Virus record (IMG/VR): IMGVR_UViG_3300017766_001853
Coordinates: 1-35,404 of that record
From: a virus
Taxonomy: Duplodnaviria; Caudoviricetes
Length of the DNA: 35,404 nt
Reading direction: 5' to 3' (one strand)
In this document: piece after piece, positions 1-9,900 of the stretch
Layout of the letters: the number at the start of each line of letters is the position of its first letter
Position numbering within the stretch: the first letter of the stretch is position 1
Notes under the pieces: model-generated
What the model was told of the DNA's origin: nothing
Database searches by the model: none
What the model saw: the letters and a program-made list of their open reading frames with translations, nothing else
Translations under genes and position numbers: made by a program

Positions 1-1725
1 CGGTGCGAAAACACGTCTATCGTGACGTTTACCACCCAGCCATCAGCTGGAGACACTATTACGCTGTCAGACGGACCAGACGTCAGGACTTACACGTTCG
101 TTTCGTCTGTGTCTGCTGCAAATCATGTTAAAATTGACACAACCCTTGCCCTTACAATTGGCAACCTAAAAAGTGCTATCAACAACGACGGCGTCGGAGT
201 CGGCTCCGACTACGGCTCTGGGACCCAGACTAACGCCTCGGTTGTTGTGAGAAGGTTCAACCCCTTTACAAATGAACTGTTTCTATCAGCCCTAAACCCA
301 GAGCCAAGCGGTGGAGTGGGTGTTTTTACGTTCTCTACGACAGGCACGTCATTCGCGTCAATGTCTCCTGTTGTATTTAGGGATGCCTGTCTTCGTCGCG
401 TAAACCTCCTAAACGCCGCGCCATCTGGATCTGCTTCAAGTCCACGGGCAAACAAAAACGTGGCCATTGACGGACAGGGCAGTATTTACACATTCGAAGA
501 CACCGGATCTCCGTCGCTCAAAACAGGGGCATCGTTCTCCTCAACCGCAGCTCAGTACTATGACACCGCAGTGCTGTACCAAAAAATGTACATCACAAAC
601 GGATTCGAAGTGCTGGTATACGACCCGCTACTTGACAGCGTTTCAAAACTGGAAAGCAAGCAAAGCGGGGCTCCCACCGAACGGTGGTCACTTGTTGCCT
701 CCTGGCGAGGAAGGCTAGTTCTGGCTAGAAGCCTAACGTCTCCCCATAACTGGATCATGTCTGCCATTGGCGACCCGACTAACTGGGATCTATTCCCGCC
801 GGTCGTCAACCCAAGTCAAGCTGTTAGCGGAACGGTAAGCCGGGCTGGGCTTGTGCCTGACATTGTCAACGCCTTAATCCCATACAGCGACGACTTGATG
901 CTGTTTGGTGGAGATCACAGCATCTACCGCCTTACAGGCGACCCGATGTCGGGCGGCCAGATGGACCTGGTCACAGACGTTACCGGCATCGCGTTTGGAC
1001 ACGCATGGGATAAGGACCCTCAGGGCGTCTTGTACTTCATGTCGTCTCGCGGTGCTCTGTACGCTTGGCCTCCGGGCGGCAGAATCGTTGAGCTGAGCCT
1101 TGGCAAGTTTGAGCAGCGTCTTGCCGACATTGACTTCTCCCAGCTCTACACAAGGCTGGTATGGAACGACATGGACAGAACGTTGCATGTATTTGCCATG
1201 CCGTACGGCGCAACTGTTTCTGGCCTAGCCCCTCGCCACTTCAGGTATGAGCGCGACAGCAAGGCGTTCTGGGAAGATACTTATGGCAATCCGGTTTCAT
1301 CAGTAGCGGTTGCTGACGGTGACTCGCCCAATGACCGAAGGCTGCTCATTGGCTCTACAGATGGCTACATTAGAAAGTGGGACACATCGGCTGCTGATGA
1401 CGATGGCGCCGCCATTGACAGCTACGTTACGTTTGGCCCGTTCGGAAGCCAGGAAACAGAGCTGCGTCTTTCCATGATTCAGGCTGTTTTGTCTGACAAC
1501 CAAGGCGGGGCACATGTGCAGCTCTTTGCTGGCGACACGCCTGACGTGATTGGCGACCCGGTGTGGGCTGGCAAGCTGACATCTGGCCGCAACCCAAACA
1601 TGTTCACTCGTGTGCGCGGCTCGTACTTCTGGATCCGCTTGCGGAACTCTGCCGCTGGAGAGCGCTGGGCGTTCGAAAACATGACAGTCCGGGTCGCGCA
1701 AGCAGGTCGACGGAGGGTTCGGTGA
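1..1725 (+). CDS. Tail/virion stabilisation protein (tail tubular B / P22 gp10-like beta-propeller), 5'-truncated
   Basis: Frame is open from base 1. Beta-rich with propeller-like segments (WRGRLVLA, SAIGDPTNWD, GVLYFMS) and C-terminal RVRGSYFWIRL. Lies before fibre and ejection genes. Confidence 0.65.
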   Translation, partial: RCENTSIVTFTTQPSAGDTITLSDGPDVRTYTFVSSVSAANHVKIDTTLALTIGNLKSAINNDGVGVGSDYGSGTQTNASVVVRRFNPFTNELFLSALNPEPSGGVGVFTFSTTGTSFASMSPVVFRDACLRRVNLLNAAPSGSASSPRANKNVAIDGQGSIYTFEDTGSPSLKTGASFSSTAAQYYDTAVLYQKMYITNGFEVLVYDPLLDSVSKLESKQSGAPTERWSLVASWRGRLVLARSLTSPHNWIMSAIGDPTNWDLFPPVVNPSQAVSGTVSRAGLVPDIVNALIPYSDDLMLFGGDHSIYRLTGDPMSGGQMDLVTDVTGIAFGHAWDKDPQGVLYFMSSRGALYAWPPGGRIVELSLGKFEQRLADIDFSQLYTRLVWNDMDRTLHVFAMPYGATVSGLAPRHFRYERDSKAFWEDTYGNPVSSVAVADGDSPNDRRLLIGSTDGYIRKWDTSAADDDGAAIDSYVTFGPFGSQETELRLSMIQAVLSDNQGGAHVQLFAGDTPDVIGDPVWAGKLTSGRNPNMFTRVRGSYFWIRLRNSAAGERWAFENMTVRVAQAGRRRVR

Positions 1726-2675
1726 CAACCAATCCCAGTGGACGTAGAGGTCAGTCGTCTAGGTCTGTATCACTAGGCGCTAACGACCCTCGGGCACGTC
1801 GATCCCCACAAGAGGCGTTGACAGACCTAGACCTAGAAGCCCCCCTTAAAATCAACCGCAGCGGCCAGATCAGCCTTGACCTATCTGGCGCGCTAACCAT
1901 TAACCCAGACGGATCTGTCGGCATCAACGTAAGCAATGGCCTAACTATTGCGCCTGGCTCTCCGCTGTCTATTCAGCTCAACATTGACGACGACAGCCTT
2001 GTTATTGGCCCAAACAAGAAGGTTAAGGCGCGACCGCGCATGAGCCAGGTCATCGTTGATAGGCGCGATGTAAACGAGGTTACTGGCCGCAACTTGGCGG
2101 AGGTTTTTGAAAAAGAGACAGAGCTTCTCAAGCGCAAGGGCGCTGCTGATGGCTACTGCGAGCTGGATTCATCATCTAAGGTTCCAGCTGCGAGAGTGCC
2201 GTTTGATCTAATCCCGCTGTCTATCAAACTTTCTTCAGTCAATGACCCAACCTATAACCATATTATTCTTAGGTTTGATGATTCGGGGTCAAGCGCTGCC
2301 GTTAACTACCTTGGTGTAGTAAACTCTGACACGGGCTTGCCCGTTGTTTTTAAGTCCGACGGAGCAGATGCCGATGTCGGCATTGAGATTACAACCAAGG
2401 GCCTTGGTGTCCTGACAGTCAACGGCAGCGCAGTAGAGTTTGCTGCCAACAAAGACATTGCTGGTGGATATGCTGGACTTGGCGGCGGCGGCAAAGTTTC
2501 TACAGCGGTTCTGCCATTGTTTACCAGCGTTGACGACGGCGCTGTTCCTGCAAGCGGCGGAGGCACTACCAACTTTCTTCGCGCAGATGGCACATGGGCT
2601 GCGCCCGGCGGTGGCGGCGGTGGCGGTCTTAGCCAAGCCAACGCGCTAGCCATCGCATCGTTTGGGAGCTTCTGA
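1722..2675 (+). CDS. Tail fibre-like virion protein
   Basis: GTG at 1722 overlaps the upstream TGA (GTGA), with GGAGGG at 1712-1717. Fibre-type motifs KGAADGYCELDSSSKVP, KDIAGGYAGLGGGGKVS and GAVPASGGGTTNFLRADGTW. Confidence 0.65.
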   Translation: MTTNPSGRRGQSSRSVSLGANDPRARRSPQEALTDLDLEAPLKINRSGQISLDLSGALTINPDGSVGINVSNGLTIAPGSPLSIQLNIDDDSLVIGPNKKVKARPRMSQVIVDRRDVNEVTGRNLAEVFEKETELLKRKGAADGYCELDSSSKVPAARVPFDLIPLSIKLSSVNDPTYNHIILRFDDSGSSAAVNYLGVVNSDTGLPVVFKSDGADADVGIEITTKGLGVLTVNGSAVEFAANKDIAGGYAGLGGGGKVSTAVLPLFTSVDDGAVPASGGGTTNFLRADGTWAAPGGGGGGGLSQANALAIASFGSF

Positions 2676-3862
2676 TGGCAATCACACTTGACGCAACGAC
2701 CAAGATCATTGAACTCACGACCAGCTCTACTGCTGACATCGACTATGCGGTGTCGTGGGTGGACGCGACGACTACGGTGTTCACCCCCGGCGATGGTCAC
2801 GGCACGATCAACACGGCTACGACTACGACCATCGTTGCGGCTCCTGCGGCTAGTACCCAGCGTGGCCTAAAGTCCATCTCGGTGTTCAACCGTCATGCTA
2901 CTACGGCCAACACCGTGACCGTGAAGAAGGATGTCAGCGGCACGGAGTACTGCCTGTTCAAGGCAACGCTCATGGCTGGCGAGTCGCTGCAATGGAATGA
3001 CGGCAGCGAGTGGTGCGTGTACGACGCAACGGGCGACAAGAAGGTGAACAGCCCCGTCAATGTGGGCGTGACGGGTCGTGTGATCCCGATCAACAAGGTG
3101 GGCACGGCGACCGAGGGCACGGCGTACTGGTACTCGTTCGGCAAAGACGCAGGCTTCACGGGCGCATGGTCACCCGGCACGCCGGGCCTAAACGGTCGAG
3201 CAACAGACGGCACAACCGCTGCGGACAACGGCAGCTTGACGCTGTGGACACCGACAGGCTCGCTTTACATTACCGAGACGGCGGCGACCACGACCACGCT
3301 CTGCACGATCATGCTTGCCGATGTCGTGTGGGTGAACACGGGCCTCGTGGTGACGACGACCACGGCTCAGGCGATCACCAGCCCGACCTTCCCTGCGCGT
3401 GACCTGAACGGCAGCACGGACGGCGAGGGCTATGTCATCGGCCTGCTGACCACCACGGCCAATACCAACGCTGCTGCGATCAGCGGAAGCACGGTCAGCT
3501 ACACGAACTCGGCTGGCACGGCGGGTCGCACGGCAACGCTGCTGGCTGTGGCTGGCGACCAGATCCCGCCGACCCCCGTGATCGGAACCGTGGTGTGGTT
3601 TCAGTTGGCTGCTGGCGACAAGGGCGTGCGCTCGATCCAGAGCGTGACGCTGGGCACATCGCTCGGCGGCGGTGCGGTGTCGCTGATTGTGGCTCGACCG
3701 CTGACCGTACTGTCTTGCACGCAGGTCAATGTTGCTACGCCCCGTAACTACAGCGATCCCGGCATCCGCATCTACACGGGGTCGGTGATCATCCCCTTCA
3801 TCAAGAACATCAGCTCCTCGGCTGTGACGCTGACGGGCCATGTTGTGGTGACTGAGCGATGA
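2675..3862 (+). CDS. Thr-rich beta-structured virion protein, possible receptor-binding or fibre partner
   Basis: 395 aa, TGATG overlap with the upstream gene, very T/G/A/V-rich, tail-module position. Confidence 0.55.
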   Translation: MAITLDATTKIIELTTSSTADIDYAVSWVDATTTVFTPGDGHGTINTATTTTIVAAPAASTQRGLKSISVFNRHATTANTVTVKKDVSGTEYCLFKATLMAGESLQWNDGSEWCVYDATGDKKVNSPVNVGVTGRVIPINKVGTATEGTAYWYSFGKDAGFTGAWSPGTPGLNGRATDGTTAADNGSLTLWTPTGSLYITETAATTTTLCTIMLADVVWVNTGLVVTTTTAQAITSPTFPARDLNGSTDGEGYVIGLLTTTANTNAAAISGSTVSYTNSAGTAGRTATLLAVAGDQIPPTPVIGTVVWFQLAAGDKGVRSIQSVTLGTSLGGGAVSLIVARPLTVLSCTQVNVATPRNYSDPGIRIYTGSVIIPFIKNISSSAVTLTGHVVVTER

Positions 3863-4242
3863 CCACCTATGACTTCGGTGACGGTGCTGGCCCTGTTGCT
3901 GCACACCAGCACGCCAACGGCGGCGGCTGGGTAGCAGACACGGCGGTCGTCGACGATGCCGTGTGGATCGACGCTAGTGCCAAGGTCTACGGTAACGCGT
4001 GGGTCTGCGGCGACGCGTGGATCTACGAGTCCGCGCAGATTCGAGGCAACGCCTTCGTGGATCACGAAGCGCAAGTGTTCGGCAACTCAACCGTAGAAGG
4101 CACAGCCAGGATTGACGGCGAGTCCCGTGTGTACGACACAGCCATTGTGCGTGGTACAGCCGAGCTGTATGGCTGCACCTTCATCGGCGGCACAGCCGTG
4201 GTGGAGGAAGGGATCCTTAGAGACGAACAGAGGACATCATGA
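3859..4242 (+). CDS. Hexapeptide-repeat left-handed beta-helix protein
   Basis: GGWV motif followed by 6-residue repeats (AKVYGN AWVCGD AWIYES AQIRGN ... AQVFGN STVEGT ARIDGE SRVYDT). ATGA overlap. Confidence 0.85.
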   Translation: MTTYDFGDGAGPVAAHQHANGGGWVADTAVVDDAVWIDASAKVYGNAWVCGDAWIYESAQIRGNAFVDHEAQVFGNSTVEGTARIDGESRVYDTAIVRGTAELYGCTFIGGTAVVEEGILRDEQRTS

Positions 4243-4397
4243 AGAAGTCAAAGCTAAGCGGCTTGTACGCCAACATCCACGCCAAGCGCAAGCGCATTGC
4301 CGCTGGCAGCGGAGAGAAGATGCGCAAGCCTGGGTCCAGGGGCTCTCCGAGTGAGTCAGACTTCAAGCAGTCAGCCAAGACAGCAAAGAAGAAGTAG
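4239..4397 (+). CDS. 52-aa basic phage protein (absent from ORF track)
   Basis: ATGA overlap at 4239. Translates MKKSKLSGLYANIHAKRKRIAAGSGEKMRKPGSRGSPSESDFKQSAKTAKKK. I recall GLYANIHAKRKR from aquatic phage hypothetical proteins. Confidence 0.8.
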   Translation: MKKSKLSGLYANIHAKRKRIAAGSGEKMRKPGSRGSPSESDFKQSAKTAKKK

Positions 4398-4458
4398 TGG
4401 CCTTCCAAAAAACCGCACAAGAGTTCAGCAAGAAAGACTACTGAGGTAATATACCGCT

Positions 4459-5040
4459 ATGGGACTATTCGGAGGCAGCTCTTCCAACCTGTGGTCTAAG
4501 GCAGAAAAGAAGCAGGCTCTTGCATACCAAGAATTTGCAAGAAACAGAGCCGAGCTACTTAACAAGAAGGCTGGATCGGCGCTCGACAAGGGCTTTGCGG
4601 ACGCCTTGGCTCAAAGCCAGCGAGGGGCGGAGCGAGCCAGGGCAAACATTCTTCAGATGGGAATGGCTGGCCAAGGCGCTGCGCAGGCAAGTGCCATGGC
4701 TCGCGGCCTTAGCGGCACCACTGTGCAGGACAACATGGCCCGCATGGCCAGAAGCGACACTGCCAATCAACTTGGCGGCTTGGAGGCTGCCTTGTCTGAG
4801 CGCTATGGCGGCATCGCCGTGGGACGTGGACAGGCCAAGGCGTCTACGCTAGGGCAGCTTGCGGCTATGTATCCGCAGTTTGCCGAGCTTCGCACGTCCA
4901 CATTGCAGGCTCCGACCAAGCAGAAGACCAACATCCTCGGAGGACTGGTTGCTGGACTTGGCGGTCAGTTCCTGGGTGCACTTACCGGAGGCCTGGGCGG
5001 CAACCTTGCGGACAGCATGATTGCCCCTGCGGGAAAGTAG
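4459..5040 (+). CDS. Probable ejection/pilot protein 1 (Gly/Ala/Gln-rich); -1 frameshift isoform would end at 5144
   Basis: GAGGT upstream. MGLFGG start and Gly-rich hydrophobic C-terminus. First of three increasingly large genes, as in podovirus ejection clusters. Confidence 0.65.
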   Translation: MGLFGGSSSNLWSKAEKKQALAYQEFARNRAELLNKKAGSALDKGFADALAQSQRGAERARANILQMGMAGQGAAQASAMARGLSGTTVQDNMARMARSDTANQLGGLEAALSERYGGIAVGRGQAKASTLGQLAAMYPQFAELRTSTLQAPTKQKTNILGGLVAGLGGQFLGALTGGLGGNLADSMIAPAGK

Positions 5041-5075
5041 CCGCCTCCGGTAGCCCAGCCCAAGCCGCCGGAGGC
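5031..5075 (+). other. Putative programmed -1 ribosomal frameshift signal
   Basis: G_GGA_AAG (5031-5037) in correct phase directly before TAG. 5-nt spacer, then stem GCCTCCGG (5043-5050)/CCGGAGGC (5068-5075). The -1 frame is open to TAA at 5142-5144. Confidence 0.7.
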
Positions 5076-5154
5076 CTGGCCAATCCGTCTAAGAAGACAA
5101 CCTCTTCTCAGGCCCTAGAAAACTCTCAGCAATACTTCTTCTAAGCTCTGACAC

Positions 5155-6981
5155 ATGCCGATCCGCTACAACCAAAACCAGGGCAGTCGCTACCAAGACG
5201 AAGACGACCAGCTGCTAGGCATGTTCTTTGGTGGACTTGCCCAGGGACAGGCGTCTTACGAGCGTGCCAAGGATCGCCGCTTAGAGCAGGACTACCGCAA
5301 CAAGCAGTACGACCTGGCCAAGACTTCTGCGCAGGACGAGAAAGACTACCGGCAGTCCATGCTGACGGAGGCAAAGGAGGGCAGGAAGTTTGAGGAGAGC
5401 TACAAGAGGGACCTCTACAAACTAGAGGAAAACAAGACCAACGCCGCTATTGCTGCCAGCAACGAGGCCCTGGCGGTCTCCGGACTACAGCGCCAGGAGG
5501 CTGGCCTCAAGCTGGGCGAGACCACGCGCCAGATCGACCTCGGCAAGGCAGGTACAGAGGCTGAGGCGCTAGCGGCAGAGATCGCAGGCAGGGCTGCGTC
5601 TATGCCGTACGGCATGGATTACGACTACACTTTCAGCAACGATCAGATCATGTTGATTGACCCTGTAAACGGTCAAAAATACATTGATCACCGCGACAAG
5701 GTTCTCTCCGAGATCACATCCGTTGCAGCACGGATGAACCAGGCCAATCCGAATACTCGCCCTGGCGATGCGTTCATGCTGCAAATGCAGCAGGCCAACG
5801 AAAGAAACGACGCCCGAATCACAGAGGCGCTGTCTAAGAACCAGTGGAGCGCCTTGTCCACCGACACTATGTTTGGCGCTAATCCGTTTGGTCCAAGCGC
5901 AGACGGCAAGCCGCAGCAGCCTAGCCAGATGCAGGAGTGGTACACCACCACTAACGCCAAGGTCCAGTCGGGCGCTCTGTCCTACAAGGACGCCATGCTC
6001 GAAATGGCGCAGAAGCGCAATGAACAGATTGCCTACCAGGGCAAGCTCCAGACGCGTTCTAACTTCCAGGAAGACCTCGTTGCTGAGATCACTAGTCTTC
6101 GCTCTGCCCTCCCAAGCCTAAAGGGCGCGGCCAAATTTATGGCACAGCGGCAGGCATCGCAAATGACCGGCATCCTTGCCGAACTGCAATACACGACTGA
6201 TGCCGATATTGCTGGGCTAGCCAAAAAGTTTGGCGATATCGTTGGCGGTCAAGGCCAGGTTGAGTTTGGCACTGAAGCGCAGAAGTTTGCAAGCGACAGG
6301 CTCACTGCGCTGGAAGGCCAAGTTACACCAGAGGCTCAACGCGAGCGCGCACAGATCTTTGGCATGGTTGCCCAGACGCCTGGATTTGAAGGCCTTGGAC
6401 AGGCAGAGGGCGCGGACCAAGGCACTCCGTTTGCGCAGGCTGGAGCTGCGTTTACCCAGTTTATGGGCTTGGGCGGTCAAGCACCCGCTGGCCCCGCCGT
6501 CCGCACAGGCGATGGGTCTGTTGTGCCCGGTGGCGGCACACCCGAGACGCCGCCCGTTCCCAAAACGCAAGACGAACTCGACATTGAGCGTAGGCAGCAG
6601 CTCATCAACGAGCGTTTCAAGGCGTACGAAGCAAACAAGACTCCTGCCAACAAGAAGGCCCTCAGAGATGCAGAGGCGGAGCTGGATAAGTTCAAGTCTC
6701 AGCTTGGGGATGTAGGTAAAGTCAAGAAAGACCTAAAGTCCACCGCCAGTTCATTGGGCGGGGATTTCGAAGACTACGCAAACGTATCAACCAAGGAAGA
6801 CTACCTTGCCGCGCTAGATGCCGCGCAGTCAGAGTTTGATTCCATTCCGCAGCCGACGTACTCGGCAACTGGTCGCCCCTCTGGCGGTCCAACAGAAGAA
6901 CAGGCTATCAGGCGCGGGAAGCTGAAAAAGTTCATCCAAGAATTGAACGACCTCGCTCGGATCAAGAAGTTCGAAGAGTAA
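5155..6981 (+). CDS. Probable ejection/internal virion protein 2
   Basis: 608 aa, helical and Q/A/E-rich, N-terminal FFGGLAQG then charged coiled coil. Assigned mainly by position. Confidence 0.55.
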   Translation: MPIRYNQNQGSRYQDEDDQLLGMFFGGLAQGQASYERAKDRRLEQDYRNKQYDLAKTSAQDEKDYRQSMLTEAKEGRKFEESYKRDLYKLEENKTNAAIAASNEALAVSGLQRQEAGLKLGETTRQIDLGKAGTEAEALAAEIAGRAASMPYGMDYDYTFSNDQIMLIDPVNGQKYIDHRDKVLSEITSVAARMNQANPNTRPGDAFMLQMQQANERNDARITEALSKNQWSALSTDTMFGANPFGPSADGKPQQPSQMQEWYTTTNAKVQSGALSYKDAMLEMAQKRNEQIAYQGKLQTRSNFQEDLVAEITSLRSALPSLKGAAKFMAQRQASQMTGILAELQYTTDADIAGLAKKFGDIVGGQGQVEFGTEAQKFASDRLTALEGQVTPEAQRERAQIFGMVAQTPGFEGLGQAEGADQGTPFAQAGAAFTQFMGLGGQAPAGPAVRTGDGSVVPGGGTPETPPVPKTQDELDIERRQQLINERFKAYEANKTPANKKALRDAEAELDKFKSQLGDVGKVKKDLKSTASSLGGDFEDYANVSTKEDYLAALDAAQSEFDSIPQPTYSATGRPSGGPTEEQAIRRGKLKKFIQELNDLARIKKFEE

Positions 6982-6984
6982 GCC

Positions 6985-9900
6985 ATGCAACAACAAAGCC
7001 CCTATCACGGACTCAAGAACCTCGACGATGCAATGGCCGAGGGCATGGAGCGCTTCCAGTCTGTGTCGCAGCGCTTCCGCGACCTAGCGGACATGGGGGC
7101 CGACCAAGCCACCGTGCAGCGTGAGGCTAAGCGCCTTGGCTATGCGCCCATTGCTGCGGGCCAAGACGGCAAGATGGTGGACTACACCGACATGGTCACG
7201 CGCCGCGCTGACATGACGGTAGGCGAGCACTTGCAGGACGTAGCGGCTGGCTTTGGTAGAGGGCTTGCTAACCTGCCTGCTGACGTTGCCAGCCTCGCGG
7301 CTATTCCGTTCCAAGCTGCTGGGTACGACGGCGTGTCCAACTTCGCCAACAAGTACCGCGAAGGTGTAAACGAGCTTATCCCTACAAGCAACAAGTACCG
7401 CACCTCCATCGCCGAGCAGGTAGGCGGCGGTCTATCCACAATCGCTGGTGCGGCTGCTGGTGGCGCTGGCCTTGCCCGTCTTGGCGTGAAAGGCGCGACG
7501 GCTGCTATGGCCTCTCGCGGGCTTACGGGCGAAGCTCTAGCCGCTGCACAGCGTTCTACGTTTGCCTCGCTGGCCGCCAAGAAGTCGTTGCAGCTAATGA
7601 CCGTCCAGGGCGCTGGCGCTGAGGCTGGCGCTGCGCAGGCCGCAGGCGCGGGAGCGGGCGCAACTATCCTTGCTGCCGCTGGTGGCGCTGCCACAGCACA
7701 GCTAGAGCGATTTGGCTCGGTGAAGATCCTCGGCGAGATCTTTGGCGCTGGATCGCAGGCTGCTGGCCGGATGACTGGCGGCAAGGCGCTCAAGAGCGTT
7801 GCCGGTGGTTTTGCTGGTGAGATTGGTGAAGAAGTTGTTGCCGCCCCCATCTCTACTATTGCCAGAAGCGGATACGAGACAGACCCGTTCTCCAAGAGAC
7901 TTCAGCAAGAACTAGAGGGCACGCTCAAAGTTGCCCCGTTGGTTATCCTGCCGTTCACAGCGGTTCACGGAATCCGCGCATCCCAGATGGTGCGCCGCGA
8001 CAACGAGCTCGCCAAGGCACTGCCTAGCAAACTTGCTCCAAAGCTAGAGGGCGTTGCTGAGGGCCAGATTCTTGATCGTCAAGTTCGCACCGTGGATGAG
8101 ATCCGCGCTGACAACCCCGAGCTTGCTGATCAGCTAGAGCGTGTCGGCGCTCGCATTTCCGGCCCTGACGGCAAGCCCGTCAAGCTCAACTCCAGCTCGG
8201 CGGCGACGCAGCGCGTTCAAGCGCTTGGCGAGGCAATTACCGAAAGCGGCGCTCGCGTTGTGTACTTTGAGCCGGAAGGCGAAGACGCTGGAGATGTTGC
8301 GGGGTTCTACGACAAGGACACTGCGACCATCTTCATCAACAGCAAGCAGTCCGAGAACGTGCAGATCATGCAGGGCATGTTCCACGAGCTGCTGCACGAC
8401 ATCTATCAGGACAGCCCTGGCGGTCTCACGCAAATCCACGAGCGGCTTCAGCAGGCGTTTGGCGACAACTACACCAAGTTCATGCAGAAGGTGGCCAACA
8501 CCTACAAGGACCAGAAACTTACAGAAAGCGAGATGACCGAGGAGTACGTCAACAACTTCCTCGCCCAGGCCATGCCTGGCTACATGGCCATGGCTGTCAC
8601 GTCTAAGGACATGTTCAAGATGGCGGCATACCGCGATCCTGGCTTGGTCTTTGACATCTCCAGAATCCTGTCCAACTTCCTTGGACGGTCTATGGACAAG
8701 TACACCCAGCGCGAACAAGCCATCTTGGCTCAGCGCATGGAGAACATCGCCAACGAACTCCAGGGCGACTTCGCCATGGACCCCAACGCAGCTGTCAAGG
8801 TAGATCCCATGACGGCTGTTCGCGTAGCTGGCGAGGTAAGCGCCGCTATGCAACAGGCGCTAGAACTGCGCTCGCAGGCTATCCCGGAGATTCGCCGCGC
8901 TCTGGAGAATCCCGATGTAGAAGTGTCGCCTGAGGGCGTTGTCAGAAGGCCTGTAGCTGTTGAACGTACCGGCGGCGGCGGTGTTGGCGGCATGACGTTC
9001 AGCGACAGACTTGTGTCGTCTAGCGTTGCCTCGGAAGGGGTGAACGACATGGCCAGCAAGCTGTATCCGGGACGCACTGGACCCAAGCTGGCAAGCGATG
9101 TCTACGAAGTGGTAGATGACCCCACAGCGGAGGGGGGCGGAACCAAGCTGCGCAAGATTGCAAGCGCGGGGGATGAGTACACTCCGCAGATTGCGGCTGA
9201 CGTAAAAGACGCAGTATCCCGCGATGCTTTGTACGGCGAAGTCAAGTTCGACAGCAATGACATCGTAATCAACCTTGCCAAGCGTGTGATGCGCTTGGAT
9301 ATCCCTGCTCAGTACCGGGCGCTTGGACGGGCTATCCAAAAGGTTGCTGAATCAACAGATCGCTTTGCTGGAGCCGAAGCTGATGTTGGCGTAGACGCAG
9401 AGGCAGGCGGCGAAGCCCTGGCCGCTCAGGTTGCTCAGCTGCAAGAGCAGCTGAAGTCTCGGAAGTCTCTACCTGCTGGCTCGCCGGAGCGACGCGCCGT
9501 GCAAGCCCAGCTTGATGTCATCCGCGAGCGCTCTAATGCCTACCGCCGACAAACCGCCGCTAGGTCTAGCGAGGAAATCAGAAAGCAGTCAGAGCGGGTA
9601 AAAGACATCGTCTCCAAGATGCTGGCCGCTGAGGCCATCGTCAAGTACGGCCAGGACTACAGCACGCTCACGGACGAGCAGAAGAACCTTGTCCGCATTG
9701 ATGCCGAGAAGCGCCTCGCTGGCTTCACTGGCGTAGACGACCCCGGCTCCATGCGCATGCCGTTCATGCGCGACACGTCAGCTTTCCGTCGTGGCTTCAA
9801 TCCGGAGCGTGCAGCCAAGCCTTTGGAACAGCGCGGAGAGGAAGCATCTTCAGAGGCTGCCGCACTGGCTACGGCTCGACGCGAAGCTGAGTTTGAGCGT

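Noticed and set aside
1563-1721. N-terminal extension of the 370-aa ORF
   Set aside because: Overlaps the upstream gene by about 160 nt; GTG 1722 with an SD and GTGA coupling is more plausible.
4397-4444. 15-codon ORF MAFQKTAQEFSKKDY
   Set aside because: Fills a small gap but has no clear SD or recognisable motif; cannot be supported.
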